From: Diplonema japonicum
Lineage: Eukaryota > Protista > Euglenozoa: Diplonemea
Reading direction: 5' to 3'
DNA length: 64,000 nucleotides
Assembly: GCA_964019335.1 (NCBI GenBank)
Contig: OZ025724.1
Location: 1-64,000, forward strand
Part shown: positions 1 through 11,979 of the stretch, piece after piece
Layout of the letters: each line of letters starts with the position of its first letter
Numbering within the stretch: the first letter of the stretch is position 1
Notes under the pieces: generated by a model
What the model was told of the DNA's origin: nothing
The model's input: only the letters and a program-made list of their open reading frames with translations
Database searches by the model: none
Program-made: the position numbers and the translations under genes

Positions 1-191
1 TCTTTCATAAAGGGAAGCCACACCTCCCTTCGCGCTACCACTGGATCGGGCATGTTTCTCAGTTCAACTACTATTCCTTTTTCTTCCAGCGCCTTTGATA
101 GCTTTTTCTCTAGCCAAGCGTACCAATTGCACTGTCTGACATCACCCCCTCCGTTCCCTGGGAGGATGATAATCCGCTTGCAAGCTGACAT
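1..191 (-). CDS. RBBP9: RBBP9/YdeN-family serine hydrolase, 5' part (runs off the window start)
   Basis: Not in the ORF track. Manual translation from ATG at 191 gives MSACKRIIILPGNGGGDVRQCNWYAWLEKKL...LRNMPDPVVARREVWLPFMK, matching the RBBP9 N-terminal motifs PGNGGGDV, WY.W and NMPDP..AR..WLPFM. Confidence 0.85.
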   Translation of the reverse strand, partial: MSACKRIIILPGNGGGDVRQCNWYAWLEKKLSKALEEKGIVVELRNMPDPVVARREVWLPFMK

Positions 192-1234
192 GTTGTGTCC
201 CTCACCCCCTTCCACCTGAAATATATATTTTGATTGAGGAATCATTTCTTTTTTTTGAATAAAAAAAAAAGGGGGTTGTGGTGGTGGGGGGGGGGTACAA
301 CATTTTCTTTTTTTCCCTCTTCTTCTTTTTTTTTTTTTTCCTTTTTTTTTTTTTTTTTTTTTTTAAATGCATCCTGAAAAAGATAACCTTTTCAGGGATT
401 CAAGCTGCCATGAGTGTGTAACAACTCACCGTTTGGGGGGAAGAAGAGAGTGGGGGGCGAGAAAAAAAAGAAAAAAAAGAGGACACACATTGATGATGTA
501 AAAACAATTTCGTTTCGTGTTTTCTGGGATTGCCCCGTCTGGGTTCTTTTTGCAAGAACGAGTCTTTGACTCAGTCTATACAAAAAGGGGGATGTTGGCA
601 ACGTGTTCACTCTTGGTACCCTCTGATGAGCAAAAGATGAAAAGTGGATCATTCTTGCCCCCCCGACAAAGCGGGGAAAAAAAAAAAAAAGAAGAAGAAG
701 CAGAGAAGGCGACAAGGTTAATTAACGATCAAACGGGCAAAAAAAAAAAAGGAGAAGAAGAAGATAGGGAGGGGGTGGCCCTTCCTCCTCCTTCCTTTTT
801 TTTCTTTTTTTTTCTTTTGGTAAAAAGCTACAAGGAGAGTTGCAAAGAGGAGAGAGAGAGAAAAAAATTCACTATGATAGGAACGAAGTTGTTAGCAACG
901 GCCCGCTAAAAAAAATAAATCGAGAGAAGGGGGAGAGCGGGGAAACCTTTCGTATTCTTTTATATATTCTTTCAGTATCTCAAAAAACAAAGTAGGGTCT
1001 AAGACAGGAAAAGACTTAAATCAATCACATTCTTTTTTTTTTTTTTTCTTTTTTTTTTGCGGTTGAGCTAGCTGCTCAAAAAAAAAAACATAGCAAACAA
1101 GAAGAAGAAAAAAAGAAAAATTCCTTTTTTTTTTTTTTTTTTTTTTTTGAAAAAAATTCTGAAACCACGCGGCATCATGTCTATACGCCGGTTTTCTTTT
1201 TACCCTTCGTTCTTTTTTTCTTTTTTGTTTTACT

Positions 1235-1975
1235 CAGGGCCCCCGGTAAGGTGGGGATAGATCGGCGATCGCCAATCTAAGCAATTCTTTTTGAATAAGT
1301 CGCCGGTCTACGTAAATCGGCGAATTTCTTGTGCCTGCGGTTGGCCCATAGGCAGGGGTTGCCCCTTTTGTTAGGAATTTTTCAGCTAAGCAGTTGGTCG
1401 AGCCGTTGCTTCACCACATAGGCAATCAGTCCTCCATAGAACTTGGCAAAGAAGGCAAAGGATAAAGTGTGGAAGGCCGTGCGAGAAGACATCAGTCTTG
1501 TCAAGCTCAAGACAGGTTCTTCACCCATCAACCGGCTCTTTCCTAAGCCCTGCATCGATAGAGTTCTTTCCGCAATTCCCTGCTCTATAGCAGCGGTCGA
1601 ACGCAGTTTCAGCAAGCTGCGCCTCGTGTTCACAAGGCTCAGGACATCAATTAAACCTGAGAAACTGAACTGTCTATTGGTGATAAGCACGGAGGGGGCA
1701 GATGTTCCGAGTGAAGACTTCATCAGTTGCGTCATAAGACGGTTTCATGATATGCCGACAAGCAGACGGCATGTGAACCTTACTGAGGCTGAGCTTCTGG
1801 AGGAGTGGCACAAACGTTCAGCGGGAAAAAAGAAAGTGTTCACAGTGTGGCCGAGAGGCCCAATTAACATTCACCCCTACTGTTTTTATTTTCCTTTTAA
1901 AAAAGGGTCTAAAAATCGGCCAAAAAAGTATAGCAGGTCTATCGGAAAAAAACCCATGTTGAACCGGGGGCCCTG
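1235..1975 (+). mobile_element. Internally deleted hAT DNA transposon
   Basis: Perfect 13-bp TIRs CAGGGCCCCCGGT (1235-1247) and ACCGGGGGCCCTG (1963-1975). Internal ORF has the hAT C-terminal dimerisation motif LSAIPCSIAAVERSFSKLRLVFTRLRTSI. No clear 8-bp TSD. Confidence 0.8.
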
Positions 1976-2564
1976 TTCCTTTTTTTTCCCCTTTTTTTTT
2001 TTTTTTTTTCCGTTCCTGCCAGTGCGCACAACAAAACAAGCACCAGAAATATTGTTCTTTTTTTCTTCAATGGTAGATGAGTAGCTCTTTTTTTTTTTTC
2101 TTCTTTTTTCTTTACACACCAAAGATCGCATTTAATTCACTATACAAAAAAGTGGTTAGCAACGGCCCACAAAAAAAACTTTACAAAAAAAAAAAGAGTA
2201 AAGCCTTCCCGTGGCCTTGCTCCTGTCATCTAGTATTACTTTATCTTTCTTTCCCTTCTTTTCTTCTTTTTTTATTTTTCTTCTTTTTTTTTTGTGTTGC
2301 GTGTACTGAAATCGGATAGATACTTCTTACTGGAGTCTCCCTGGTACTGATATTATTTCCTGATCTTTTTCTTTTTTGCGAGAAAAAGCTGGCGTGCCGC
2401 AGAAAGAATTGGCATTTTTATTCTTATTCTGAACAAGATGATGGTGTCCTGGAATTCTTTACTGTGTCCCCAGACAAAAAATTATGCCCCACCCCCAAGA
2501 AGGGCAACAAAAGGCCCTTTATTCACGCTTATTGATGGTTTCTTTCCGCTTAATTGGAAGTTTG

Positions 2565-2771
2565 TGTTTTTCTTCACCTTAGTAGGGATAAACACAATGG
2601 GCAAGCTGCTTCTACTCATGATGTATAATATTATACTTGTTCCAGCAACAAATAAAAAAAAAAAAGGTAACTTTTTTCCCTCTTTTTTTTTTACACTGAA
2701 ATCTTATCGAGTTTTTTCTTTTCCCCCATTTTTTTGTTTTCCATCTCGATTTTGCCGTAAACAGTATTGAG

Positions 2772-2803
<32 letters not shown>

Positions 2804-3030
2804 AAGAGTCGGCTGATTGGTTGTGTTTTTCTTCACCTATAGTAGTTTAGGGATAAACGGGCAAGCTGCCTCTACTCATGATGTATAATATTATACTTGT
2901 TCCAGCAACAAAATAAAAAAGTTCTTCCCTTTTTCTTTGTTAGCACTGCACACTGAAATCTTATCGAGTTTTTTTCTTCTTTTTTCTTTTTTTTTTTTTC
3001 TTCCATCTCGATTTTGCCGTAAACAGCAAT
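2565..3030. repeat. Imperfect tandem duplication of a ~200-250 bp non-coding unit
   Basis: Blocks gggcaagctgc..tactcatgatgtataatattatacttgttccagcaacaaa and cactgaaatcttatcgagtttttt..ccatctcgattttgccgtaaacag each occur twice. A related module is at about 42625-42690. Confidence 0.8.
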
Positions 3031-3439
3031 TCTTTAAAAAAAAAAAAAAAAAGAGAGAAGAAAATAGGTGTTCCTTGGTGGTCCTTTCAACAGTTTTCCT
3101 CGAAGCAAAAATAAACAGCGGTGTACGCACATATGCACACCCCTGGGCTGAGGTACTTGGCCAACACTTAAAGAACACTATGTAAATATAAAACTTACCC
3201 CCCTTCCCCCCCCCCCCCCCCCCCCCCCGCACGTTCTTTATTTGGCGTTGAGGGAATATAACATTCTTGTTAGTGGCCCTCTGTGCCACCTTTTCTTTTC
3301 ACCCCAACACCAATTTGTAGTAAAAGCTCGTCCGGAAAACAAAGAGGTTGTTGCTTTTTCTTTTTTTGCATTAAGTGTTGACACTTATTTTCGGACAGGC
3401 TCATGTAAAGTAAAAAAAAAAAAAAAGAGACTATTTAAG

Positions 3440-3740
3440 GGTGCCCTGCACAAGTATCGTCTACTTGATTACAGGGGGCGTGCCTCGGCCTAGTTGTAGT
3501 TCCGCGTCGTGTCCTTAATGCGTGCGGTGTGCAACTCAACCCCAGCCATGGTGCCCCTGGTAACCAAGATTCTGAGCCCGTGCAGTTTGCTGCCTGTTCG
3601 TCACCCTGAGCATCTGCGATACGTTCTTCCACTCGGGCGCTACCGGTGATGACCGACGTGGAGGTCAACAGCGAACAACACATCTGATGTACTTCTTATA
3701 TTTCCATATTTCTGTGTTATCCCCACCACCAAAAAAGAAT
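3440..3740. repeat. Dispersed non-coding repeat (modules shared with 28770-29125 and about 55405-55465)
   Basis: Shared blocks ccctgcacaag..tctacttgattacagggggcg..cctcggcc, ggtaaccaagat and gtcaacagcgaacaacacatctgatgta. Confidence 0.75.
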
Positions 3741-4927
3741 TCAAAAATATGTAATTGGTGAGGGTGGGGGAGAGTGCATTCCAAAAATCCGTTGGATTGG
3801 GCATTTTTTGATTTTCGGATAAAAATCCTGTTTTTTTTTTTTTTGTGGTCAAAAAAATATTGCCCAAAAAAAGAAATCCTGATTTTTTTCTGCGCGAAAC
3901 CCCACCTTTAGATAACTATTGCTAGCTATTCTTTAGGCCGAGGGACCGAGGTAAAAAAAAAAAAAAAAGAAAAAAAAAAAAAAAACGGGTTCGAGAGTGA
4001 ATGGTATGGTTAAATCTTGATGCGAAGTAAGTAATTCTATCTGATAGTCGCTCGACCGAGAATGTGGAAAAAAAACGGCCTATTTTCAGCAGATTCAGAA
4101 ATGAATGCAGTGACCCACGTTTTTGTGGGCGATGCCACCAACGACGAAAAAGAAAAAGCTTGGCGGTCTTTTTCCACAAGGTCACACGGAGGGCGCGGGC
4201 CTTCAATCCCCCAGCAGGAACATTTTTTACCAATCAAATTATGAGAGAGGGGATATAAAAAAAAAAAAAAAAAGAGAGTCGGCACTGAGCATGTGTTTGT
4301 GCACACGGGATCCCTAAAAAAGTTCTATATAATGACCTTCCGCCAGGACAGGTCAGACCCCACTTTTTGTACGCACACGGTACAATTCCTGAGATAAGTA
4401 CTGCATGCTACTACTCTTTTTTTTTTTTTTTTTTTTTGTTCTCGCAGGAAAGCTGAGGAGTACTTGTTGACTAAAATATAAAAAAAAATAAAAGAATTCA
4501 CTATGATAGGAACGAAAGTAGCAATGGCACGCCAATCAAAAAAAAAAATTACTTATTGTTACTTATATCACTTGTTGTTTCGCTTTTTTTTTTCTTCTTT
4601 TTCTTCTTCTTTCCTTCTCTAATTCCGCAATAAGCTTCGGCGGGCGAAAGAAATTATATTATTTTAGTACAAAAAAAATAGTCCTGGGGGTTAGAATAAG
4701 GAAAGTAAGCGGTTTCTGCACAACCAAAGGGACGGCAAGAAATGGGGGGGGGGGGGGGGGGGGGGCACCACACAAAAAGAAAATAGGTATAGATGGGGAG
4801 GGAGGGAGGGCAACAATATGGTGACTGAACGGATATTCCATAAAAAAGAAGAGAAAGACTATTAAAATATGAATCTTTGTTAGTATTACCGTAATTGGAC
4901 TTTAATATGAGACGGGGAAAAAAACTC

Positions 4928-4963
<36 letters not shown>

Positions 4964-5186
4964 GAAATATTTTCGCCGTTTGTTCCATATGAAGGGCCAA
5001 AAAATAAAATTTTTAGAATCCCTATTTTTTTAAACGTTGAAAAAGTTTCACATAATTTATCCATTTCTAAACAAATTCCGTTCCATACCAAAGTCGAAAT
5101 ACGGTAAAAATAGAGCTTAAAAAAAAAAACAAATAAATAACGCTACATATCTCTAAAGCCCCGTCAAGTGAGGGAAGAAAAAGTTC

Positions 5187-5217
<31 letters not shown>

Positions 5218-5914
5218 AGATCTAAAAAAAAACCCTTACCTAGCTTGGTGGGCTTTAGAGATTGCAGTGCAACTAAAGAATAGAAAAATAACATAGCGGC
5301 CACCCCTTAAAATATGGACTTTTGTATCTTCGTCGATTTTGTGTGCACACGGCATAAATCCTGGGATAGATAGACGCAGCACGTTACTACTCCTTCTTGC
5401 ACTAAAGAACACCAATCAGAATGTTAACAAAAATAGAAATTCGATCAAGCTTCTTTCATTTTCTTTTCTTTTTTTTTTTTTTTTTCTTCTTCCTCACACA
5501 AACTTTCACTAGAGGCGTACCTTGGTACGGTACCAAGACAAAACAATTTTCACCACCGGCGATATCTTCCTAGTAGCAAGCTGCCCAAGTGTCGACATTT
5601 TTTAATCCGAGCTCATATTTTTCTTTTTTTTGCTCAAACCTTTTAGCATATGTATGTGCACGGTAAAATTCCTGGGAACAAACACTGCATGCTACCACTA
5701 CTTTCTTACTGCTCTTTTACAAGAAAACTGAGCAGTTGTTAAATACAACAAAAAAAAAAAAAAACTTTTTTTCACTGAAGAAATATCACAGCAGCCTTCC
5801 CTATCAAAAAGAAAATATAAAAGAAAACCAATTTCTTTTATTTGGGGGGGGGATATCGTTTTAGTATTACTTTTCGCTCGAGAAATTAAAAAAAAAAAAA
5901 GAAAAAAAAAAGAG

Positions 5915-6027
5915 AAGAGTTTTTTTAAGGTGGACGTATATCGGTTATAGGCCGTCAACCGGGCAACCCCTCTGCATCAGCAGTCTGCCGTCAGGCCGAA
6001 AGCCCTCCAGCCACTACTCTTTCCGTC
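5915..6027. repeat. Dispersed ~110-bp repeat (second copy about 17640-17752)
   Basis: Near-identical aaggtggacgtatatcggttataggccgtcaac...gccctccagccactactctttccgtc at both sites. Confidence 0.85.
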
Positions 6028-6063
6028 AAAAAAAAAAAAAAAAAAAGAACAGAGCCCCCTCGC

Positions 6064-8547
6064 CTAGAAAACCACTGCGCACCGTAGGTGAGTCCCAAGG
6101 TGGAGCATATCTCGAACACTAGAAGCAACCCGGTCGGCAAGGAAGGCGGGCGATGCCACAACACCAGCATCGAAGTGCCGTTTGTAAAAAGCGGTCCAAT
6201 ACGCATTGGACCAACACCAAGGGATGTCATTAAAGGCCTCCCTGTCCTCCTCGTCCCTCGTGATCATTGTGAGGAAGGGCGTCTCCATAATATCCGCCAC
6301 GCGTATCTGATACACTGTTATAGAGTGCCCTTGATGCGCAACATCCCACTCATCAACAGGCCGGATCCATCCTTTCAAGCCGCGGAACATATTGGACGGC
6401 TTATCACTGTTGTGTGTAACCCCGAACAAGCAAGAAACACCCAAATCGACAGCTGAGGTTGACAGCAATCCAGCAAGAGTAGCAACAGGCCCGATAGTTG
6501 TTGTGAACCTTTGGCTGTGCCCGCCAATATTGCCATGCAGCAACGACCCTGTTGCCAACCCGGCGTGGAACGTCGGGTGGTAATCATAACGGGAGTTCGA
6601 GTCGTGAAGGTACGCTACAAACCGCACCGCCGACTCCAAATGCGTGTCGCACCTCTTCACCGTGTTCCACGCCATTGCCACACAGCTCCCCAGCAACGCT
6701 ACTGTCGCGCCGCCGCTTCGTTGCAAACAGTGGAATACCCTTTCCAAACCATCGTTTATGTAAACAAGCAGAGTTTCAGGGTCGTATGTCTGGTCTTCGT
6801 CCACTGCATGGCGGATCTCAACCCTGCCTGCCGTGCAGAGTGTTGCGACCTCCAACCTGCCTCGTAAGAAGTCCTGCGAGCCTGTCACATCCTCAACACG
6901 GATCGAGGTCTCGTCTGACCTCGCTGACGTGTCGGCAGAGGAACTGAACGGTGTTCCCAAACGAGCGTCTCCTGTAGGGCGTGCTTGGGTCTCTTTTCGT
7001 TTCAGTTCCATTGCAACGCGTTGCCTTCGGCCGGCGAGCTTTTTCGGTATTAGAATTGTGATCTCTTGTTCGCCAGTGACGCCCTTGAGCGGAACGTCTT
7101 CCATAGTCATGGTGAGGGGGTTGTCGAGCTGCTCGGGCAAACGTGGTGTGTATGTACGGTCTGATGTCGGCAGGGTTGATGGTTCGTCGGGCATTGTGTC
7201 GTGAAGCTCTTCAAGGACCTCTCTGGTGATGGCGACAGCACCCCCTGCGCAGTAGCCTTCCACACGCGCTGCTTTGTTTACGGATTTACCGAAGTAGTCG
7301 AATCTCGATGTGACGGCGTTCGCTTCCACCTGAACGCTGCCGTAGTTTATGCCGACACGTATCCGTAGCCCGTCCTTCGCACCTGCCACCGTGGCGAACT
7401 CGTGCGGCCATTTCGCAACGTCTAGTCTTTCCTGCATCGCCAGCCCGCAGCAACACGCATCGACAACCGACCCGAAGGCCACCATGAAGGCGTCACCTAT
7501 CGTCTTCACCTCGTACCCATTGTGCTCCGCAAGGCACTCCCGTATGATGTCATTGTGGATGGCAAGGCCTTTCTTCATCCCGTGGGGGCAGGCTTCCCAT
7601 ATTGCGGTGCTCCCTTCGATATCTGTGAAAACAATGGCAGCGGAGCCGTTATCACCGGGAGGTGCAGTGAGGGACAGGGCACCAGAGGGTGAGTGGTGCA
7701 GGGTGTGGAACAGCGCGTCCGACAGATACGGGCGGTACGCGTGCAGATTGTTGAGAAGATGCTGGAAGGCGGACCTCAATTCGGGAGGTAAGTTCTCCGC
7801 TGCTGCGATGGAGCTGCGTGCTCGATCCAAATCGAATACCGACAAGGAGTGCGCAACGTCCTTGGCAGTTTCGATAGCAGTGTCTACCTTTTCCTTTTCT
7901 TCAAGCACCGCCTCCGCAAAGCCTCTTGTGAAGTATAAATCCAACCCCAAGATCAACAACTGAGGAACAAGCCCCACAACAAACGCATCTGTGCCGCACG
8001 GGGGTGATTCACACCGAAGGTACTCGTTCCGGTCCGCCTTCCCTACCGTACCTGGAAGGTCGTACAACCCATACCGATACTGCCCCTCAATGGCTGTGAC
8101 GAAAAGCCACACAACTATAACGCCAAGGAGGGACAATGTGTACAGCTGCCTTACCTTGCAAACTAGGAGGATGTCGAGAAGGACAACGAATATCGGCCAT
8201 GTTCTGGCCTGCATCACAACCGCTGCAGCAAAATCGAATAATATTATCCCAGCTGTGTAGACAGACACGCCTGCAACGATTGAGGCATCTGTCGCCTTCT
8301 TTGTGGCGGCTAAATGAAGCAGCGACAGAATTGCTGTTGCGCAGGTCAGTCCGCACGCTGTCTTTGTGTAAGTTGACACCACAATGGGGAACATAACGCT
8401 GCTCACCACCAGCACGCACAGGTGTAAGACAAGCAGTAGTCTCTTCCGCTTCAAGGCCACCTCATCGTCGTCGTGGTGTAGAAGGTGGCGCAGCATCGGC
8501 GCAAGACACCTGTTGGTCAGGACCCATACACTGCTCGGGTGACGCAT
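6064..8547 (-). CDS. Multi-pass membrane adenylate cyclase (class III) with an intact first and a degenerate second cyclase domain
   Basis: About 6 N-terminal hydrophobic helices. Motifs IVFTDIEGST, YEVKTIGDAFMVAF, RVGINYG and DYFGKSVNKAARVE. The C-terminal copy (HAGLATG..GNIGG..FTTTIG) lacks the metal-binding Asp residues. Confidence 0.9.
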   Translation of the reverse strand: MRHPSSVWVLTNRCLAPMLRHLLHHDDDEVALKRKRLLLVLHLCVLVVSSVMFPIVVSTYTKTACGLTCATAILSLLHLAATKKATDASIVAGVSVYTAGIILFDFAAAVVMQARTWPIFVVLLDILLVCKVRQLYTLSLLGVIVVWLFVTAIEGQYRYGLYDLPGTVGKADRNEYLRCESPPCGTDAFVVGLVPQLLILGLDLYFTRGFAEAVLEEKEKVDTAIETAKDVAHSLSVFDLDRARSSIAAAENLPPELRSAFQHLLNNLHAYRPYLSDALFHTLHHSPSGALSLTAPPGDNGSAAIVFTDIEGSTAIWEACPHGMKKGLAIHNDIIRECLAEHNGYEVKTIGDAFMVAFGSVVDACCCGLAMQERLDVAKWPHEFATVAGAKDGLRIRVGINYGSVQVEANAVTSRFDYFGKSVNKAARVEGYCAGGAVAITREVLEELHDTMPDEPSTLPTSDRTYTPRLPEQLDNPLTMTMEDVPLKGVTGEQEITILIPKKLAGRRQRVAMELKRKETQARPTGDARLGTPFSSSADTSARSDETSIRVEDVTGSQDFLRGRLEVATLCTAGRVEIRHAVDEDQTYDPETLLVYINDGLERVFHCLQRSGGATVALLGSCVAMAWNTVKRCDTHLESAVRFVAYLHDSNSRYDYHPTFHAGLATGSLLHGNIGGHSQRFTTTIGPVATLAGLLSTSAVDLGVSCLFGVTHNSDKPSNMFRGLKGWIRPVDEWDVAHQGHSITVYQIRVADIMETPFLTMITRDEEDREAFNDIPWCWSNAYWTAFYKRHFDAGVVASPAFLADRVASSVRDMLHLGTHLRCAVVF

Positions 8548-9104
8548 TTATTTCCCTCCCCCTTCTTTTGCCGCCTATAAGTGAATAAGTTGTGAGGGGG
8601 GGAAAAGAAAAACAAGAAAAATAAGAAAAAGAAATACAAAAGAAAGAAAGAAAAAAAACAGGAAAAAAAAGCTCTCAAAGCCAGGACATGGTCGAAGTGT
8701 GGCGTGGCATACAGTCGCACAGCGTATCAGAAGAAAAAAAAAACAAAATAAAAAGAAAACAAACAGGTAGCGGGAAGGGGGGGGAGAGAAGGCTTTTAGC
8801 AATAACAATTCATTAATCAATAAATCAATATATTGTTTTCTTTTCGCTCAAAGCAAAAAAAAAAATATAAAATAAATATGAGTTCATCCGGAAAAAAAAA
8901 AAAAAAACGAGCTTCATGTGGTAAAAAAAAAAACCTTGCGTTTTTCCTTCTTTTTCCTTTTTTTTTTCTTTCCTGCTTTTTTTCCGTCATGAGAAAGAAT
9001 GAAAAAGAAAAAAAAAAAAAAAAAAAAAAAAAACAAATACAATACAAAGCAAACACGCGGGGTAGGTGGGGGAGATCTCGAGGGAGGGCATTCTTTATCA
9101 TTTA

Positions 9105-10199
9105 TCACCTTCTTCTTGACGATCGCCGCTTGCTAGCTCTTTCTCTGGGGATGGACAGGTCATCCAGCAAGCGTAAGGCGCACTGCAGCTCATAATCATC
9201 CTGTTCCTTAGTGAGGCTAGGGCTGCCGATGGCCCGAGCGAGATGGAAGGAAGGAGACGCTGTGGTAATATCCTCTCTTTCCCTCTCTCTCACAGGCGAA
9301 GGCGACGGTGTTGATATATACACACCGCCCCTGTCGCCAAGGAGGATCGGGGCAAGGTCTCGCACTTCCTCCTCGTCGTTCTCCTCCTGCTGCGTCTCTT
9401 GAAGCGCTTTCACGGTCTCGTCACGCATCTCAAGCTGGGTTTTGTAAAATTCAACTTTTTCCTTGAGGCTCATGTTCTCCTTCATTAACATGGCGATGCG
9501 ATCGCTGGCTATCTTTTCAGCGTCGATCATGCATTGTAAGGAGCGTTGGGTGGCAGCGGTTTTATTCTGAGCAAAGGCGACCTGTTTCTCCAGTTGGTTC
9601 ATCCTCATAATTGTATCATGGTTCAGACCGTTCTCCCCTCGGGTGGGAGAACGTACGGGTGACACAGATCGTGGCCTGACAGACAGTTCACCGCATTGAA
9701 CATTAATGGCGATGATGGCGTCTCTCATCTCGTTCACCGTTGGTTGGTATGTGACAACTACGGCACAACGCGAGAACTCCCCGTCTGGTGTTGTCACGGG
9801 GATGGCCCGCATGGCCGCGCCGATCCTCGTCCCGGATTTCCACACCATTCTGCAAAATGATGCACCGCCTGCTGATAAGCCGTTTACACCCATGCCTTCT
9901 TTTATATACTTGTCTATTGTGTTGTAGAAACCTCGGACCGCCTTCAGAGCTGCTGTGTTTGGGTCGATACACTCCAAGGTATCACCCGCGTTCTCCACTC
10001 CAACCCATACGTTGTGTGTTTTTTCCCCGCCTGCTCCTTCTCCCAGACCTTCTTTTGATAGATACAATGCGCATAGCATCTCCGCTTCCTCGCATAGACC
10101 TTCGTCCAAGGAAACGTTTCCTGCCTTGTGCAGTCTTCTTATGTCGTTGTGTGCAGTGATTATCGATTCATAGAATGAGGTATTCGGGATGTCGTCCAT
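9105..10199 (-). CDS. CAP/SCP (PR-1-like) domain protein with C-terminal coiled coil
   Basis: Likely start MDDIPN at 10199, after an A-tract. CAP motifs AHNDIRRLH, FCRMVWKSGTRIGAA and VVVTYQP, then a heptad-rich E/K/Q region. No signal peptide. Confidence 0.75.
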   Translation of the reverse strand: MDDIPNTSFYESIITAHNDIRRLHKAGNVSLDEGLCEEAEMLCALYLSKEGLGEGAGGEKTHNVWVGVENAGDTLECIDPNTAALKAVRGFYNTIDKYIKEGMGVNGLSAGGASFCRMVWKSGTRIGAAMRAIPVTTPDGEFSRCAVVVTYQPTVNEMRDAIIAINVQCGELSVRPRSVSPVRSPTRGENGLNHDTIMRMNQLEKQVAFAQNKTAATQRSLQCMIDAEKIASDRIAMLMKENMSLKEKVEFYKTQLEMRDETVKALQETQQEENDEEEVRDLAPILLGDRGGVYISTPSPSPVREREREDITTASPSFHLARAIGSPSLTKEQDDYELQCALRLLDDLSIPRERASKRRSSRRR

Positions 10200-10429
10200 C
10201 GTTTTTTTTTTTCTTTTCTCGCCCTTTTTTCCCTTCCCCCCCACCTCTTTATTTGTTTTTTTTTTTTTTTTCGTGCGAGGAAAAAAAAAAAGAAAAAAAC
10301 TAGTTTGGCGCTCCATTTGTTTGTGCGCACGAGCGGACCCTTCTGTTGAGAGAGGCGACCAGATGTGTTTTTTGTTCCTTGAGTGACGCTTCATGTAAAA
10401 CAAGATCTGTGCCCTGTGGGGGTTCCTCA

Positions 10430-10720
10430 TCCACAGGTTTGGCAGGTTTCCCAGATCGGTGGCCAATTCTCTGGTCCTATCACGATGTCGGGGCTGGAAA
10501 TGTTCTTTCCTTGGCTTCGTGTTGCCTGGCTCGGGTCGTTCAAGGTCTGCATGCAGTGGTCTCTGGTCCAGTTATAAACCATTTTCGTCTTCCTTTGCTT
10601 TCTCATCCCACGTTCTGTGGTGCACCATCAGTAAAGATATGGGTTGTCGCATCACTGGGGAACTCGGCGCTCGAGAGCGGTGATGGTCCATACTGCTTCA
10701 TGTGATCAGAAATGAAGTAG
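10430..10720 (-). pseudogene. Degenerate AP-endonuclease fragment of an ingi/L1Tc-like non-LTR element
   Basis: Frameshifted peptides HHRTWDEKAKEDENG and DHCMQTLNDPSQATRSQGKNISSPDIVIG resemble retrotransposon APE motifs (HH..W, LND...TR, SSPD). Confidence 0.5.
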
Positions 10721-11199
10721 GTCGTATGATAGGTGATCAATCCGTTTTCCCCCCTCTGCACTCGAACAACCACGAGGACAGCAGCTTGGGCAGTGCACCA
10801 GTTAGCGCTAGCCGAACCAGGAAATTATACAGTGTGCACTATAGTCCAGCAGAAATACATTCTGCCCCATAGGCAACTGTCGCAGAGCTGTGCAGCACAC
10901 TTTGCAGAAGGCAGCCAATCGGGACCAAAGCTTTCGCAACAGAGAATGGTGGCGAGGAACTCAGAGGGCTTCCTTGGCAGGCCGTCAAGATCGGGGTGAG
11001 CGCGGAGGTCGCGGATGAGGAGCTCTGCCTGTATTCGTATGGGCAGTAGTGGCCACCCGGAAGTTTCAGGACAACGTAGCTGGGACGGAGTTGAGGAAAT
11101 AGGGGTATGAAACAAGCTTGCTTCGACGGTGGCTGTTATCAAGAGGATACTTCGCAATAAACTTATCGTGAAGCATTTTGGGAGGTTGCAGCGTAGCCG

Positions 11200-11560
11200 T
11201 GTGTCGTCGGGCCCCCAATATGTGTACCCTTGTCTTTGCGTTGGCGGGAAAGCATTCTTCCCACTCTTTGCTGTGCACTTCTGAATACGTCCTAAGATGT
11301 ATCGCATCCTTCCAGCCTTCTCTGTGAGCCAGTCCTGGTCATCGTGGGGTCCAGCCAAGGACAGTCGGGTGGCCTGCTCATAGTCTACTGCGAGCTCCAT
11401 CGTCGTGACGGACGTCAACTTCCTGCCTGCGTACCATCTTAGGCTTTTCAGCCACCTGAGGACGCTCTTTATGTAGAACATGAGGACCTTTCCCGACGCT
11501 CCGTTCGATTTCAACAGCTCCACTGTGGGCACAGTGTGTGATCTCATCCCACGGGTTGGT
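11200..11560 (-). mobile_element. Non-LTR retrotransposon relic (ORF2 C-terminal domain only)
   Basis: VLRWLKSLRWYAGRKLTSVTTMELAVDYE...AFPP aligns with the C-terminus of ORF2 at 21968-22500. Confidence 0.75.
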
Positions 11561-11979
11561 GGAAAAAAATATATGCCAATGAATAAACATACTAAATTGA
11601 TATAGGGGGAACATAAATGGGGGAAGGGAAAGAGGTGGGGTTTTCATATACGCCTATATCAAAGGGTGTCTGGGGTCACCTGTCTCCGGTTTCGTTACTA
11701 AATTCAACTACCCTTCAATGTGCTTAGCTCGTCAGGTTAAAGGCACATTTCATCAGCCTCACCAGTGATCGGCTGGGAAGGGAGAAGGGAGAACAGGTGG
11801 GGTAAAAGAAAACTGAAAACTACAAAATGGATAACACAAAATAGTAAATTCAAACTGAGGACATGCCTCTTAACAAGAACACATACAACACGTAAGTCAT
11901 CGAACTGACTTACTGAAATCCTGGCGGGATGCGTAGTGCCACGCCGAGTAGCGACAGACCAGCAGACACGGGATCGCGA

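Noticed and set aside
392-5958. Many K/F-rich ORFs here and in other spacers, plus plus-strand ORFs antisense to genes
   Set aside because: These are translations of homopolymer tracts or shadow frames of real minus-strand CDSs.
11551-11570. TTTTTTCCACCAAC junction identical to the SL 5' junction
   Set aside because: It also reads as the element's own coding sequence (STNPW, compare TTHPW in a paralog), so only about 6 informative bases remain.
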